This document shows, piece after piece, positions 52,378 to 60,367 of a stretch of 64,000 nt of DNA. Below the pieces are notes generated by a model. That model saw nothing but the letters and a program-made list of their open reading frames with translations, ran no database searches and had not been told where the DNA came from. The translations under genes and the position numbers were made by a program. Location of the stretch: NCBI GenBank assembly GCA_963728095.1, contig CAVSIO010000002.1, forward strand, positions 405,338-469,337. The letters are read 5' to 3'. This stretch comes from an uncultured Thermoleophilia bacterium. GTDB taxonomy: Bacteria; Actinomycetota; Thermoleophilia; Gaiellales; Gaiellaceae. Numbering within the stretch: the first letter of the stretch is position 1; every line of letters begins with the position of its first letter.

Positions 52378-52439
52378 GAGGCGACCCTATCGCAGCGCCC
52401 GGGGCGTGGACGGGCGCAGATGCGCAGGACCCCGATCGG

Positions 52440-52468
52440 TTGAAACGTCCGACGCGCAGCGTTAGCTT
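52440..52468 (+). promoter_or_regulatory. Candidate SigA-type promoter for the permease gene (TTGAAA-17 nt-TAGCTT)
   Basis: -35 at 52440-52445, 17-nt spacer, -10 (TANNNT) at 52463-52468. AAGGAGG lies at 52504-52510, before ATG 52516. Confidence 0.4.
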
Positions 52469-52515
52469 CGCCTCACGACCCATCACATCCGGTCCCGGCC
52501 AACCAAGGAGGTTCG

Positions 52516-54114
52516 ATGAGTTCCGGCGCACCTGATGCGCACGCGCACGACGAGGACGAACGTCTGCTGCACAAGCTGGGCTACGCCCAGGTTCTGTACC
52601 GCGAGATGGGCGGGTTCTCGAACTTCGCCATCTCGTTCACGATCATCTCGATCCTCGCCGGCTGCCTGACGTCGTACTTCATCGCGTTCGACAACGGCGG
52701 GCCGATCGCGATCACATGGGGGTGGCTGCTCGTCGGCTTCTTCGTCGTCCTCGTCGCGCTCGCGATGGGCGAGGTCGCATCCGCGATGCCGACGGCCGGC
52801 GCGATCTACTACTGGTCGTCGAAGCTCGGCTCGCCCGTGTGGGGCTGGTTCTCCGGCTGGTTCAACCTGATCGGGCAGATCGGCGTCACGGCCGCGATCG
52901 ACTACGGCGCTGCGATCTTCTGGACCTCGCTGATGAACCTCTGGTTCCCGAGCGTGGGGACGGACACGCACACCGTCTTCATCACGTTCAGCGCGATCGT
53001 CGCGGCGCACCTCCTGCTGAACCTGAACGGCGTTCGGCTGCTCGGGCTGCTCAACTCGCTCTCGGCCTGGTGGCACATGGTCGGGGTCGTGGTGATCGTG
53101 TTCGTGCTCGCGATCGTTCCCGACCACCACCAGTCGGCGTCGTTCGTGTTCACGAAGACGCTCAACGCGTCCGGCTTCAGCGGCCACAACTTCACCAGCC
53201 CGGTCTTCTGGTTCGTGTTCGGGATCGGCCTGCTGATGGCGCAGTACACGTACACCGGCTACGACGCGTCGGCGCACATGAGCGAGGAGACGCGCAAGGC
53301 CTCGCGCGCGGCGGCGCTCGGCGTGGTCATGTCGGTCGTGATGTCGGTGATCTTCGGCTTCATCCTGCTCGTGGCGGTCACCTTCGCGGTGCCCGACGTG
53401 CAGGGGACGATCGACGCCGGCGGCTTCGCCGTGACGTACATCTGGCAGACCTCGCTCGGCAGCACCTGGGCGGAGTTCCTGCTCCTGATCGCGTGCGTGG
53501 CGCAGTTCTTCTGCGGGCTCGCCTCACTGACGGCGGCGTCGCGGATGATGTTCGCGTTTTCGCGCGACGGGGCGGTGCCGGGCCGGACGCTGTGGCGGAA
53601 GGTCTCGCAGCGGCATCGCGTGCCGGTGAACGCGGTGATGGCGATCGCCGTGCTCTCCTGGGCGCTGATGTTGCCGACGCTCGCGAACGGGGCGATCGGC
53701 TACCTCGTCGGGACGTCGATCGCGGTGATCGGCCTCTACATCGCGTACGGCGTGCCGATCTACCTGCGGCTCCGCGCCGGCGACTCGTTCGAGGCGGGGG
53801 CCTGGACGCTCGGCAAGCACTACCGCTGGATCAACCCGGTCGCGGTGATCTGGATCGTCTTCATCGTGATCCTGTTCCTGATGCCGACGGTGCCGACGGC
53901 GATCCCGTGGCACAGCGGCTTCGACTGGAACGTCGTGAACTACGCGCCGATCACGGTCGGCGGAGTGATCGTCCTCGCGGGCGTCTGGTGGATCCTGTCC
54001 GCGCGGAAGTGGTTCAAGGGCCCGGTCGTGCAGGGCACCGAGGAGGAGCTGGCCCGCATCGAGGCGGGCTTCGACGCTCCCGCCCCGGTAAAGCCGGCCG
54101 AGCCGGCCGTCTAG
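52516..54114 (+). CDS. APC-superfamily amino acid/amine permease, intact
   Basis: FSNFAISFTIISILAGCLTSY...LAMGEVASAMPTAGAIYYWS. 12-13 TM segments. Confidence 0.9.
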   Translation: MSSGAPDAHAHDEDERLLHKLGYAQVLYREMGGFSNFAISFTIISILAGCLTSYFIAFDNGGPIAITWGWLLVGFFVVLVALAMGEVASAMPTAGAIYYWSSKLGSPVWGWFSGWFNLIGQIGVTAAIDYGAAIFWTSLMNLWFPSVGTDTHTVFITFSAIVAAHLLLNLNGVRLLGLLNSLSAWWHMVGVVVIVFVLAIVPDHHQSASFVFTKTLNASGFSGHNFTSPVFWFVFGIGLLMAQYTYTGYDASAHMSEETRKASRAAALGVVMSVVMSVIFGFILLVAVTFAVPDVQGTIDAGGFAVTYIWQTSLGSTWAEFLLLIACVAQFFCGLASLTAASRMMFAFSRDGAVPGRTLWRKVSQRHRVPVNAVMAIAVLSWALMLPTLANGAIGYLVGTSIAVIGLYIAYGVPIYLRLRAGDSFEAGAWTLGKHYRWINPVAVIWIVFIVILFLMPTVPTAIPWHSGFDWNVVNYAPITVGGVIVLAGVWWILSARKWFKGPVVQGTEEELARIEAGFDAPAPVKPAEPAV

Positions 54115-54123
54115 TCCCGTTCC

Positions 54124-54154
54124 GGGGGTCGGCCGCGCGCTGCGGCCGACCCCC
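54124..54154 (+). terminator. Rho-independent terminator after the permease
   Basis: GGGGGTCGGCCGC-GCGCT-GCGGCCGACCCCC (13-bp perfect stem) followed by GGCTTCCTCTCTTC. Confidence 0.65.
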
Positions 54155-54267
54155 GGCTTCCTCTCTTCGAGTCTCCGTAGTTCGACCGCGCGCGATCAGC
54201 GCGACGCCGGATGCGCCCGTTACCCGTCCGGGCGACCCTGTGTACGACACCCAGGAAAGGAATCCCC

Positions 54268-54735
54268 ATGTTCGAGACCATCGTCTGGGCAACCGACGGG
54301 TCCGAGCTGGCCGACCGGGCCCTGCCGCACGTGAGGGAGCTCGCCCGGCTGCACCACTCGAAGATCGTGGCGGTGCATGCGAACGAGCTGCTGAGCGGCC
54401 GCTTCGGCGGCGCCCCGCTGCTTGCGGACGAGCCGGACCTGGCCGCCAAGATCGAGCGGCAGGTCGAGGATCTGCGCGGCGAGGGCTTCGAGGCGAAGCT
54501 CGAGGTCAAGACCGGCTCCGGGGAGGTGGCGGAACTGGTCGCAACCGCCGCCCGCGAGGCCGAGGCCGACCTGATCGTCGTCGGCACGCACGGCCACGGC
54601 GGGTTCAAGGCCGCCGTGCTCGGCAGCGTCGCCCGCGGCCTGCTCGGCGAGGCCTGCTGCCCCGTCCTCGCGATCCCGCCCGCGCGCGAGACCGTCGAGG
54701 CGACGCACGAGCGCGAGACCGTCGGTGCCGCCTGA
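54268..54735 (+). CDS. Universal stress protein (single UspA domain), intact
   Basis: ATG at 54268 after AGGAAAGG. MFETIVWATDGSELADRAL...LIVVGTHGHGGFKAAVLGSVARGLLGEACCPVLAI. Confidence 0.88.
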   Translation: MFETIVWATDGSELADRALPHVRELARLHHSKIVAVHANELLSGRFGGAPLLADEPDLAAKIERQVEDLRGEGFEAKLEVKTGSGEVAELVATAAREAEADLIVVGTHGHGGFKAAVLGSVARGLLGEACCPVLAIPPARETVEATHERETVGAA

Positions 54736-54737
54736 CC

Positions 54738-54776
54738 CCTGCAGGGGCGCGCGCCATCCGCGCGCGCCCCTGCAGG
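54738..54776 (+). terminator. Hairpin (16-bp stem) right after the Usp stop
   Basis: CCTGCAGGGGCGCGCG-CCATCCG-CGCGCGCCCCTGCAGG. Confidence 0.55.
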
Positions 54777-54908
54777 AGGCGTCACCCCGGCGGATGAGTC
54801 GGTACTAGCCCCCGATGTGGCAGAATTGGACTTTGGGCAAGGACTCGTGACGTACGATACCTCTCGTTCTCTGCCGATCGTCGTGAGGGCACGTTCGGTT
54901 CGTCGGAT

Positions 54909-55979
54909 TTGGGGGTGAGGACAGTGCCCGAATTCACGCCCTGTCCGGTGTGTGGTGGTTCAGGGGTCGTCGATCCGGCGTCGGGGCAGCTCGACGAGGA
55001 GCAGACGCGGCAGGACTCGGACCAGACCGCGTCCGATCGGGATCAGATCTGGTCCGATCACGATCAGACGGCGAGCGACTCCGACCAGCGCTCTTCCGAT
55101 GCGGATCAGCGGATCGCCGACGCCGAGCTCGCCGCGGGCGGCGATCCGGCCGCGCACGACCGGTCGGCCGCGGCGCGGGCGCGCACGACGCACGACCGCC
55201 TGGACGTGACGGAGCTGCGGGACGAGACCGGGGAGGATCGTGATCGAGGCGCCGAGGCGCGCGACCGCGACGCCGACGCTCGCGACCGTCTCGCCGAGCT
55301 GCACGAGGCGATCGAGCGCGACGCTGGGACCGGCGACCCCGATGATGTCCGTCAACGCGCCGAGCTCGCCCGCGCGCGGGCGGCGACCTACCGCGCCCGG
55401 GCCGCCGAGGACCGGAAGAGAGCGGCGGCCGATCGCGTCAGAGCGGCGGCAGACCGGGCGCTGGCGGTGGCCGAGCGGCAGCAGGCGGCGCTGCAGCAGG
55501 CCGAGGCCAGACGGGCCCTCATGCTCGCCGCGACCGACGATCTGACCGGCGCCTGGACGCGCAAGGTCGGCCTGGACAACGTCGACCGTGAGATCCAGCG
55601 CGCCCGCAGGATGAACGGCACGCTGACCCTCGCCTTCATCGACGTCGACGGCCTCAAGGACGTCAACGACCGCCAGGGCCACGCCGAAGGCGACGATCTG
55701 CTGCGTCGCGTCGTCGCAGCCGTGCGGACGAACGTGCGCCCCTACGACGTGGTCGTCCGGTACGGAGGAGACGAGTTCCTCTGCGCGATGCCCGGCCTCG
55801 CCCTGGCCGCGGCGCAGGAGCGCATGGAGACGATCGCCGCAGCGCTCCGCACCGCCACCCAACGGCACGCGATCACGTTCGGGCTCGCAGAGCTCGGGCC
55901 CGACGACGACCTCGAAGCGCTCGTCGGCCGCGCCGACGCAGTCCTCTTGCAGGCCCGCGACCTCCACCGCGACGGGTAG
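54909..55979 (+). CDS. Diguanylate cyclase (GGDEF) with an N-terminal CxxCxGxG zinc-finger motif, five DxDQxxS heptads and a long charged coiled-coil-like region
   Basis: Start is TTG 54909 or GTG 54915/54924. CPVCGGSG at 54942-54965. Heptads at 55014-55118. GGDEF domain LAFIDVDGLKDVNDRQGHAEGDDLL...VVRYGGDEFLC. Intact. Confidence 0.85.
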   Translation: MGVRTVPEFTPCPVCGGSGVVDPASGQLDEEQTRQDSDQTASDRDQIWSDHDQTASDSDQRSSDADQRIADAELAAGGDPAAHDRSAAARARTTHDRLDVTELRDETGEDRDRGAEARDRDADARDRLAELHEAIERDAGTGDPDDVRQRAELARARAATYRARAAEDRKRAAADRVRAAADRALAVAERQQAALQQAEARRALMLAATDDLTGAWTRKVGLDNVDREIQRARRMNGTLTLAFIDVDGLKDVNDRQGHAEGDDLLRRVVAAVRTNVRPYDVVVRYGGDEFLCAMPGLALAAAQERMETIAAALRTATQRHAITFGLAELGPDDDLEALVGRADAVLLQARDLHRDG

Positions 55980-56029
55980 CGAGAACGCGAGGGCCGCAGG
56001 TCGCACCAGCCCGCAGCGGGCCGCGCGCC

Positions 56030-57029
56030 TCACACGGTGATGACGAGCTTCCCCTGCACGTGTCCCTCGCCCATGGTGCGGAGAGCCTCGGCGACCTCGC
56101 TCAGCTCGTAGCTCCGCTCGACGACGGGTCTCACCGTGCCGGCCTCGAGCAGCTCCCGCAGCGCATCCAGGGTCGGCCTGTCGATCTTCGCCATGTAGTT
56201 GACGGCCTTCTGGCTACTGCGCAGCCCGCCCAGCTTCATGGCGACGATATGGCCGAGCGGCCCGAGCGCGCGGCTCGACTTCGGGCCTCCGGCAAGGACG
56301 ACGGTCGCCCGCGGGGCGAGCACGCGCCGGCACTCCGACCACGACCTGCGTGCCCGCGTTGTCGAACAGCAGGTCGTACCGGTCGCCGCTGCGGGTGAAG
56401 TCCTCGGAGGTGTAGTCGATCACGCGGTCGGCGCCGAGCGAGCGGACGAGGTCGACGTTTCGCGTGCTGCAGACGGCGGTCACCTCGCCTCCGAGCGCTT
56501 TCGCGATCTGGACGGCGAACGTGCCGACGCCGCCCGAGGCGCCGTTGACGAGGACCTTCTGCCCCGGCTGGAGCTTCCCCTTGTCGCGCAGCCCCTGCAG
56601 CGCGGTGATCGCCGCCACGGGCACGGCCGCGGCCTCCTCGAAGGTCAGGTTGGACGGCTTGTGGGCGACGCCCAAGCGCGCGCACACGTACTCGGCGAAG
56701 GAGCCGCTCCTCCCGCCGAACACCTCGTCTCCGGGGTGAAAGGCCGTGACGTCCGCGCCGACCGCTGCCACCGTCCCCGCGAAGTCGGAGCCGAGCACAA
56801 GGGACTTCGGCCCGCGCAGGCCCGTCGCCACGCGTGCGACGTACGGGGTGCCCGTGAGCGTGTACCAGTCGAGCCGGTTCACCGAAGCGGCGTGGACCCG
56901 AACCAGGACGCCGTCGTCCGTGAGCGCCGGCTTCTCGACCTCGCGGAGCTCCAGGACGTCCGTCGAGCCGTACGTGTCGCGGACGACCGCCTTCATCGTC
57001 GCCGCCCGGTCATTCGTCGCTGTCGCCAT
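56030..57029 (-). CDS. Zinc-type/MDR NAD(P)-dependent oxidoreductase (quinone oxidoreductase-like), one frame break near 56335
   Basis: MKAVVRDTYGSTDVLELREVEKP...HAASVNRLDW...VLVNGASGGVGTFAVQIAK. The C-terminal VVERSYELSEVAEALRTMGEGHVQGKLVITV lies in ORF 56030..56323. Confidence 0.85.
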
Positions 57030-57047
57030 CGTCTCCCCTTCGTACGG

Positions 57048-57092
57048 TGTAAGCTTACGGCGTAAGATATACGTACGACGTAAGATCTGTCA
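57048..57092. promoter_or_regulatory. Divergent promoter/operator region between the oxidoreductase and TetR genes
   Basis: Palindrome CTTACG-G-CGTAAG at 57054-57066. Direct repeat CGTAAGAT at 57061-57068 and 57079-57086. TAAGAT (TANNNT) ends 6 nt before the tetR ATG, implying a leaderless transcript. Confidence 0.45.
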
Positions 57093-57746
57093 ATGGCCAC
57101 GCACGCCGAGCCCCGTCTCCCCCTCAGCCGCGACCGGATCCTCCAGGCGGCCCTCGAGCTCGCCGACGAGAGCGGGATCGAGGCGCTGACCATGCGCAAG
57201 CTCGGCCAGGAGCTGGGCTTCGAGGCGATGTCGCTCTACAACCACGTCGCCAACAAGGACGACCTGCTCGACGGCATCCTCGACCTCGTCCTCGTCGAGA
57301 GCGAGCCGCCCTCGCCGGCCGAGGACTGGGCCGCCGCCGTCCGCAAGAGCGCGATCTCCGTCCACGACTCCCTGCGCCGTCACGCGTGGGCGTGCACGCT
57401 CCTGATGTCCCGTATCCGCCCCGCGCGCCTGCGCTACATGGACTCGCTGCTCGGGCGGCTGCGCGAGGCGGGCTTCTCCGCCGAGACGACGTACGTCGCC
57501 TACCACGTCCTCGACGCGCACATCTTCGGCTTCTCCCTCTGGGAGATCAGCCACGCCTACACCCCAGTGGAGGCCTCGGACCTGGCGGCGCTGTTCGAGC
57601 GGGTGATCACCGCCGACGAGTACCCGTACCTCCACGAGCACGGCCGGCAGCACCTCGCCGAGGGCCCGCACCGCGAGGCGAGCGCGTTCGAGCTGGGCCT
57701 CGACCTGATCCTCGAGGGGCTCGAGAAGCTCCGCGCCGCGGGCTGA
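57093..57746 (+). CDS. TetR/AcrR family transcriptional regulator, intact
   Basis: HTH: RILQAALELADESGIEALTMRKLGQELGFEAMSLYNHVANKDDLL. TetR_C-like C-terminal domain. Confidence 0.9.
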   Translation: MATHAEPRLPLSRDRILQAALELADESGIEALTMRKLGQELGFEAMSLYNHVANKDDLLDGILDLVLVESEPPSPAEDWAAAVRKSAISVHDSLRRHAWACTLLMSRIRPARLRYMDSLLGRLREAGFSAETTYVAYHVLDAHIFGFSLWEISHAYTPVEASDLAALFERVITADEYPYLHEHGRQHLAEGPHREASAFELGLDLILEGLEKLRAAG

Positions 57747-57899
57747 GCGCGGCCGTGGCGCTCCTCAACAGGCTGTGAAGCGCAGTCGCCAACGACGGAA
57801 CCGCCGGCGCCCTCGCAGTCGACTAACGCGCCAGGCCTTGAACCGAGGCTGCGACCGACTCCGACTCGGGCATAACGACAGCGGAACCGGGAGACGGAG

Positions 57900-58566
57900 A
57901 TGGGACTCTTCACGAAGCCGAAGCCGGAAGATGCGCTCGCGTCCACGACGCTCTCGTTCGCGGCAAACGGCGACGTCCAGGTTGAAGGACGGCGACCCAG
58001 GAATCCTCATCCGAACGCCGGCGCTCTACCTCGACTGGGCGCTGAACAAGGAGCAGCGGCACCGCGCCAAGGAGATGCTCTCTGTGCTCGATCTCGCCTT
58101 CGCAGTGGCGACGCCGGAGGACGCCGAACTCGACCCCGCCCTCGTGACGGATGGCACGCAGCTTCGGGACGTCGAAATGATCGTCGCTGTGACCGAGAAG
58201 CTCCACGTGAATGTCTCCTTCAGGCCGCGCACTGCAATTACCTCCCATCTCTTTCTGACCTTCGGCGTGCTCTGGAGCTTCTGCGTGCGCCAACTCGCAG
58301 CCGACGGAGCCTACGACACGATCGAATCACTGCTCGACGACATGCGCGATCAGCTTGAGCTCCACCAGAAGATTGGCGTCGGCATGCACGCCGGCAAGGC
58401 CTCCCTCCTCGCCTATCAGCACGGTGCCGGCCGGCGGCTGAAGCACGAAATCGCCACAGAGGCAGGGCTTACCGCTGAGGAGTTCGACGCGCTCTCCGAG
58501 GCCGAGCGCGACCGCGTGATGGACGCGCACACTCAGGCGTCGATCAAACGCGCGGGTCTGACCTAG
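57900..58566 (+). CDS. Hypothetical protein (about 222 aa), lower GC, one frame break near 57985
   Basis: ATG at 57900 after GGAGACGGAG. MGLFTKPKPEDALASTTLSFAANGDVQV, then (ORF 57775..58566 frame) KDGDPGILIRTPALYLDWALNKEQRHRAKEML...DRVMDAHTQASIKRAGLT. No family recognised. Confidence 0.5.
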
Positions 58567-58722
58567 CTGAAGCAACCGCCAGATGTCCCGCATCGGCGGT
58601 GTGTGGGTCGGGCAGCTGCGTCTGCCGCCGTCGCGCCTTCTCGAGAAGACGGTGAAGCCAATCTCTCGGCCGCGCCGGCACGACGAGACGAACGGATCGC
58701 GCATGCCCCCAGCTCGTCTCGA

Positions 58723-59304
58723 TCAGTCCATCGGTGGATCGAAGAGGTCGAGGTCGTCTTCGAGCCAGCCCGAGTAGAACCAGACGAGCTTTCGCTGCAG
58801 CTGCTGCGCGCCACGATAAGCGAGCTGCGAGACGCGCTGGCCCTCGAGGAACGCGTGGTGGAGCGTGACCGGCATGTACAGCAGCGCGACGCTCTCCGGC
58901 ATCGAGAACTCGAGCTCGTCGACCTCGAGCGGCGGCAGGTACATGTAGTTGATCAGGTGGTCGAACCGCCGCAGGTCGTCGAGCGCGGTCTCCTTGACGA
59001 CATCTCGCTCGACAAGCTCCGCGACCGGGAGCACCGGCACGAGCGTCCGGACAGGGTGGCCGTAGCCCGCGGTCCCCTGGGCGCCCATCGAGCAGCTCGG
59101 CGTGATCAGCATCGCCGGCCCGAACTCGAGCGGCCCGCTCAGGAAGCGGCGGCCGCCGCTCTGCTCCTCGTCGACGACGAGCTCGTCGGCCGGCAGCGGA
59201 TACGCGCGAGGCATGTCGCGGAACAGGTCGCCCTGGCTGAAGAGCTCGACGCGGTCGCGCTCGTAGTACTCGCTGTCCGAAGGTCGGTCGGGTCTCGGCG
59301 GCAT
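58723..59304 (-). CDS. Hypothetical protein (193 aa), no recognisable family; co-oriented downstream of the excisionase-type HTH gene
   Basis: Uninterrupted ORF. MPPRPDRPSDSEYYERDRVELFSQGDLFRDMPRAY...AMLITPSCSMGAQGTAGYGHPVRTLVPVLPV...DHLINYMYLPPLE. Confidence 0.55.
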   Translation of the reverse strand: MPPRPDRPSDSEYYERDRVELFSQGDLFRDMPRAYPLPADELVVDEEQSGGRRFLSGPLEFGPAMLITPSCSMGAQGTAGYGHPVRTLVPVLPVAELVERDVVKETALDDLRRFDHLINYMYLPPLEVDELEFSMPESVALLYMPVTLHHAFLEGQRVSQLAYRGAQQLQRKLVWFYSGWLEDDLDLFDPPMD

Positions 59305-59348
59305 CGGCGGGCCAGCCTATCGGCGCGCCCGGTCGGCTTTGTCCTCCG

Positions 59349-59612
59349 CTACTCGGTCGCGTCGCCGAAGACGAGTCGGCCGCTGCGCTTGCGGCCGGAG
59401 TTCACGACGGGCCCCTCGGTCGCCGGCGCGAGCTGCTCGAACATCTCCGTGCGGAGCCGCTCGACGTCCTGAACCGAGAAGCGCCGGTAGCCGCTACCCG
59501 GGAGGCGGACGGCACGGAGGATGCCGCGCGCCTCCCAGTTGCGGACCGTGTTCTCGTGCACGCCCAGCGCGCGAGCGGTGTCGCGAACGTTCAGGAGTTC
59601 TCTGGTTGCCAT
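59349..59612 (-). CDS. Excisionase-family / MerR-like helix-turn-helix DNA-binding protein (87 aa)
   Basis: ATG at 59612. MATRELLNVRDTARALGVHENTVRNWEARGILRAVRLPGSGYRRFSVQDVERL. Confidence 0.75.
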   Translation of the reverse strand: MATRELLNVRDTARALGVHENTVRNWEARGILRAVRLPGSGYRRFSVQDVERLRTEMFEQLAPATEGPVVNSGRKRSGRLVFGDATE

Positions 59613-59622
59613 CGCTGATTCG

Positions 59623-59670
59623 ACTATAGCCCATGTTGGCGTCTTTGTCGAGTCTGTGGACTTTGTCCAC
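59623..59670 (-). promoter_or_regulatory. Near-consensus promoter (TCGACA-17 nt-TATAGT) giving an almost leaderless HTH mRNA, with the adjacent palindrome GTGGAC-TTT-GTCCAC
   Basis: On the minus strand, -10 TATAGT is at 59628-59623 and -35 TCGACA is at 59651-59646. The palindrome is at 59656-59670. The -10 ends 10 nt before the ATG. Confidence 0.5.
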
Positions 59671-59926
59671 CCCTCGTTTCGGCAAACCACGGCGACGGCG
59701 GAGACTCGCGAGCGAACGGCTAGCTCGAAAACGTCTGCCCGAGGATGCGGTGTCCGGCGCCGCGCCCGACATGTGCGGGCGCGGCTCGTGCTGCCACGGC
59801 TCTGAGGGCGCGAGCCGGCGCAACCGGCTCGCTTGCCGAGCAAGCGGAAAGCGGAGCGTTTGCGCACGCGCGCCGCAGGCGCGCCTGCGCCAGCGGAGCG
59901 GGCGAAGCGGGCCGAACCGAACGAGC

Positions 59927-59948
59927 GAGCCCGCCTGCCGGCGGGCTC
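59927..59948 (-). terminator. Hairpin 6 nt downstream of the tmRNA 3' end
   Basis: GAGCCCGCC-TGCC-GGCGGGCTC. Confidence 0.5.
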
Positions 59949-59954
59949 GTGAAG

Positions 59955-60315
59955 TGGAGGCGGCGGGAATCGAACCCGCGTCCGCAGCCGCACCGGCTGA
60001 GCGTCTACAAGCATAGGCTGCCCTTTGTCTCACCCGCCGGCCGGAGTGCAGCCGCCCTACCGACGGGCCAGCCATCCTTGAGTGTCGCGCCTCCGACGAT
60101 TGGCTCTTCTTCGGCGCCGAGCCCGCTGGTTAGCGGCCGGCCGGGTCGCGGGCAGCCCCGGCGGGCCGTCGCTGGATCTAAGTTGCCTTAGGCAGCGATT
60201 GCGAGTTCGTTCTGATTCGCATTTGGTGTTTGCCGGTGGATTTACGAGGCCAACCGGCGACCTCGGCTTGCAGCTCATCCGGATGGATCGACCACGTCGA
60301 AACCAGGTCGCCCCC
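59955..60315 (-). ncRNA. ssrA: tmRNA (ssrA), 361 nt
   Basis: 5' end GGGGGCGACCTGGTTTCGACG... 3' end ...CGCGGGTTCGATTCCCGCCGCCTCCA. The acceptor stem has the G3:U70 alanine identity pair. The tag reading frame GCG AAT CAG AAC GAA CTC GCA ATC GCT GCC TAA (60220-60188) gives ANQNELAIAA. Confidence 0.92.
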
Positions 60316-60367
60316 GTATGTCCGTTCGCACACAGTCTAGCGGGCATCCACGGGCCACATCACTAGG

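Noticed and set aside
54826-54856. Possible TTGGAC ... TACGAT promoter upstream of the GGDEF gene
   Set aside because: The spacer is about 21 nt (or 14 nt with the alternative TTGGGC), outside the 16-18 nt range. I could not support a specific promoter call.
57743-57751. GGCTGAGCG shared between the TetR gene 3' end and the tmRNA body (59995-60003), as a possible att repeat for the ssrA-adjacent segment
   Set aside because: The match is only 9 nt, lies in the tmRNA body rather than at its 3' end, and is easily expected by chance in GC-rich DNA. No convincing att repeat for this segment was found by eye.
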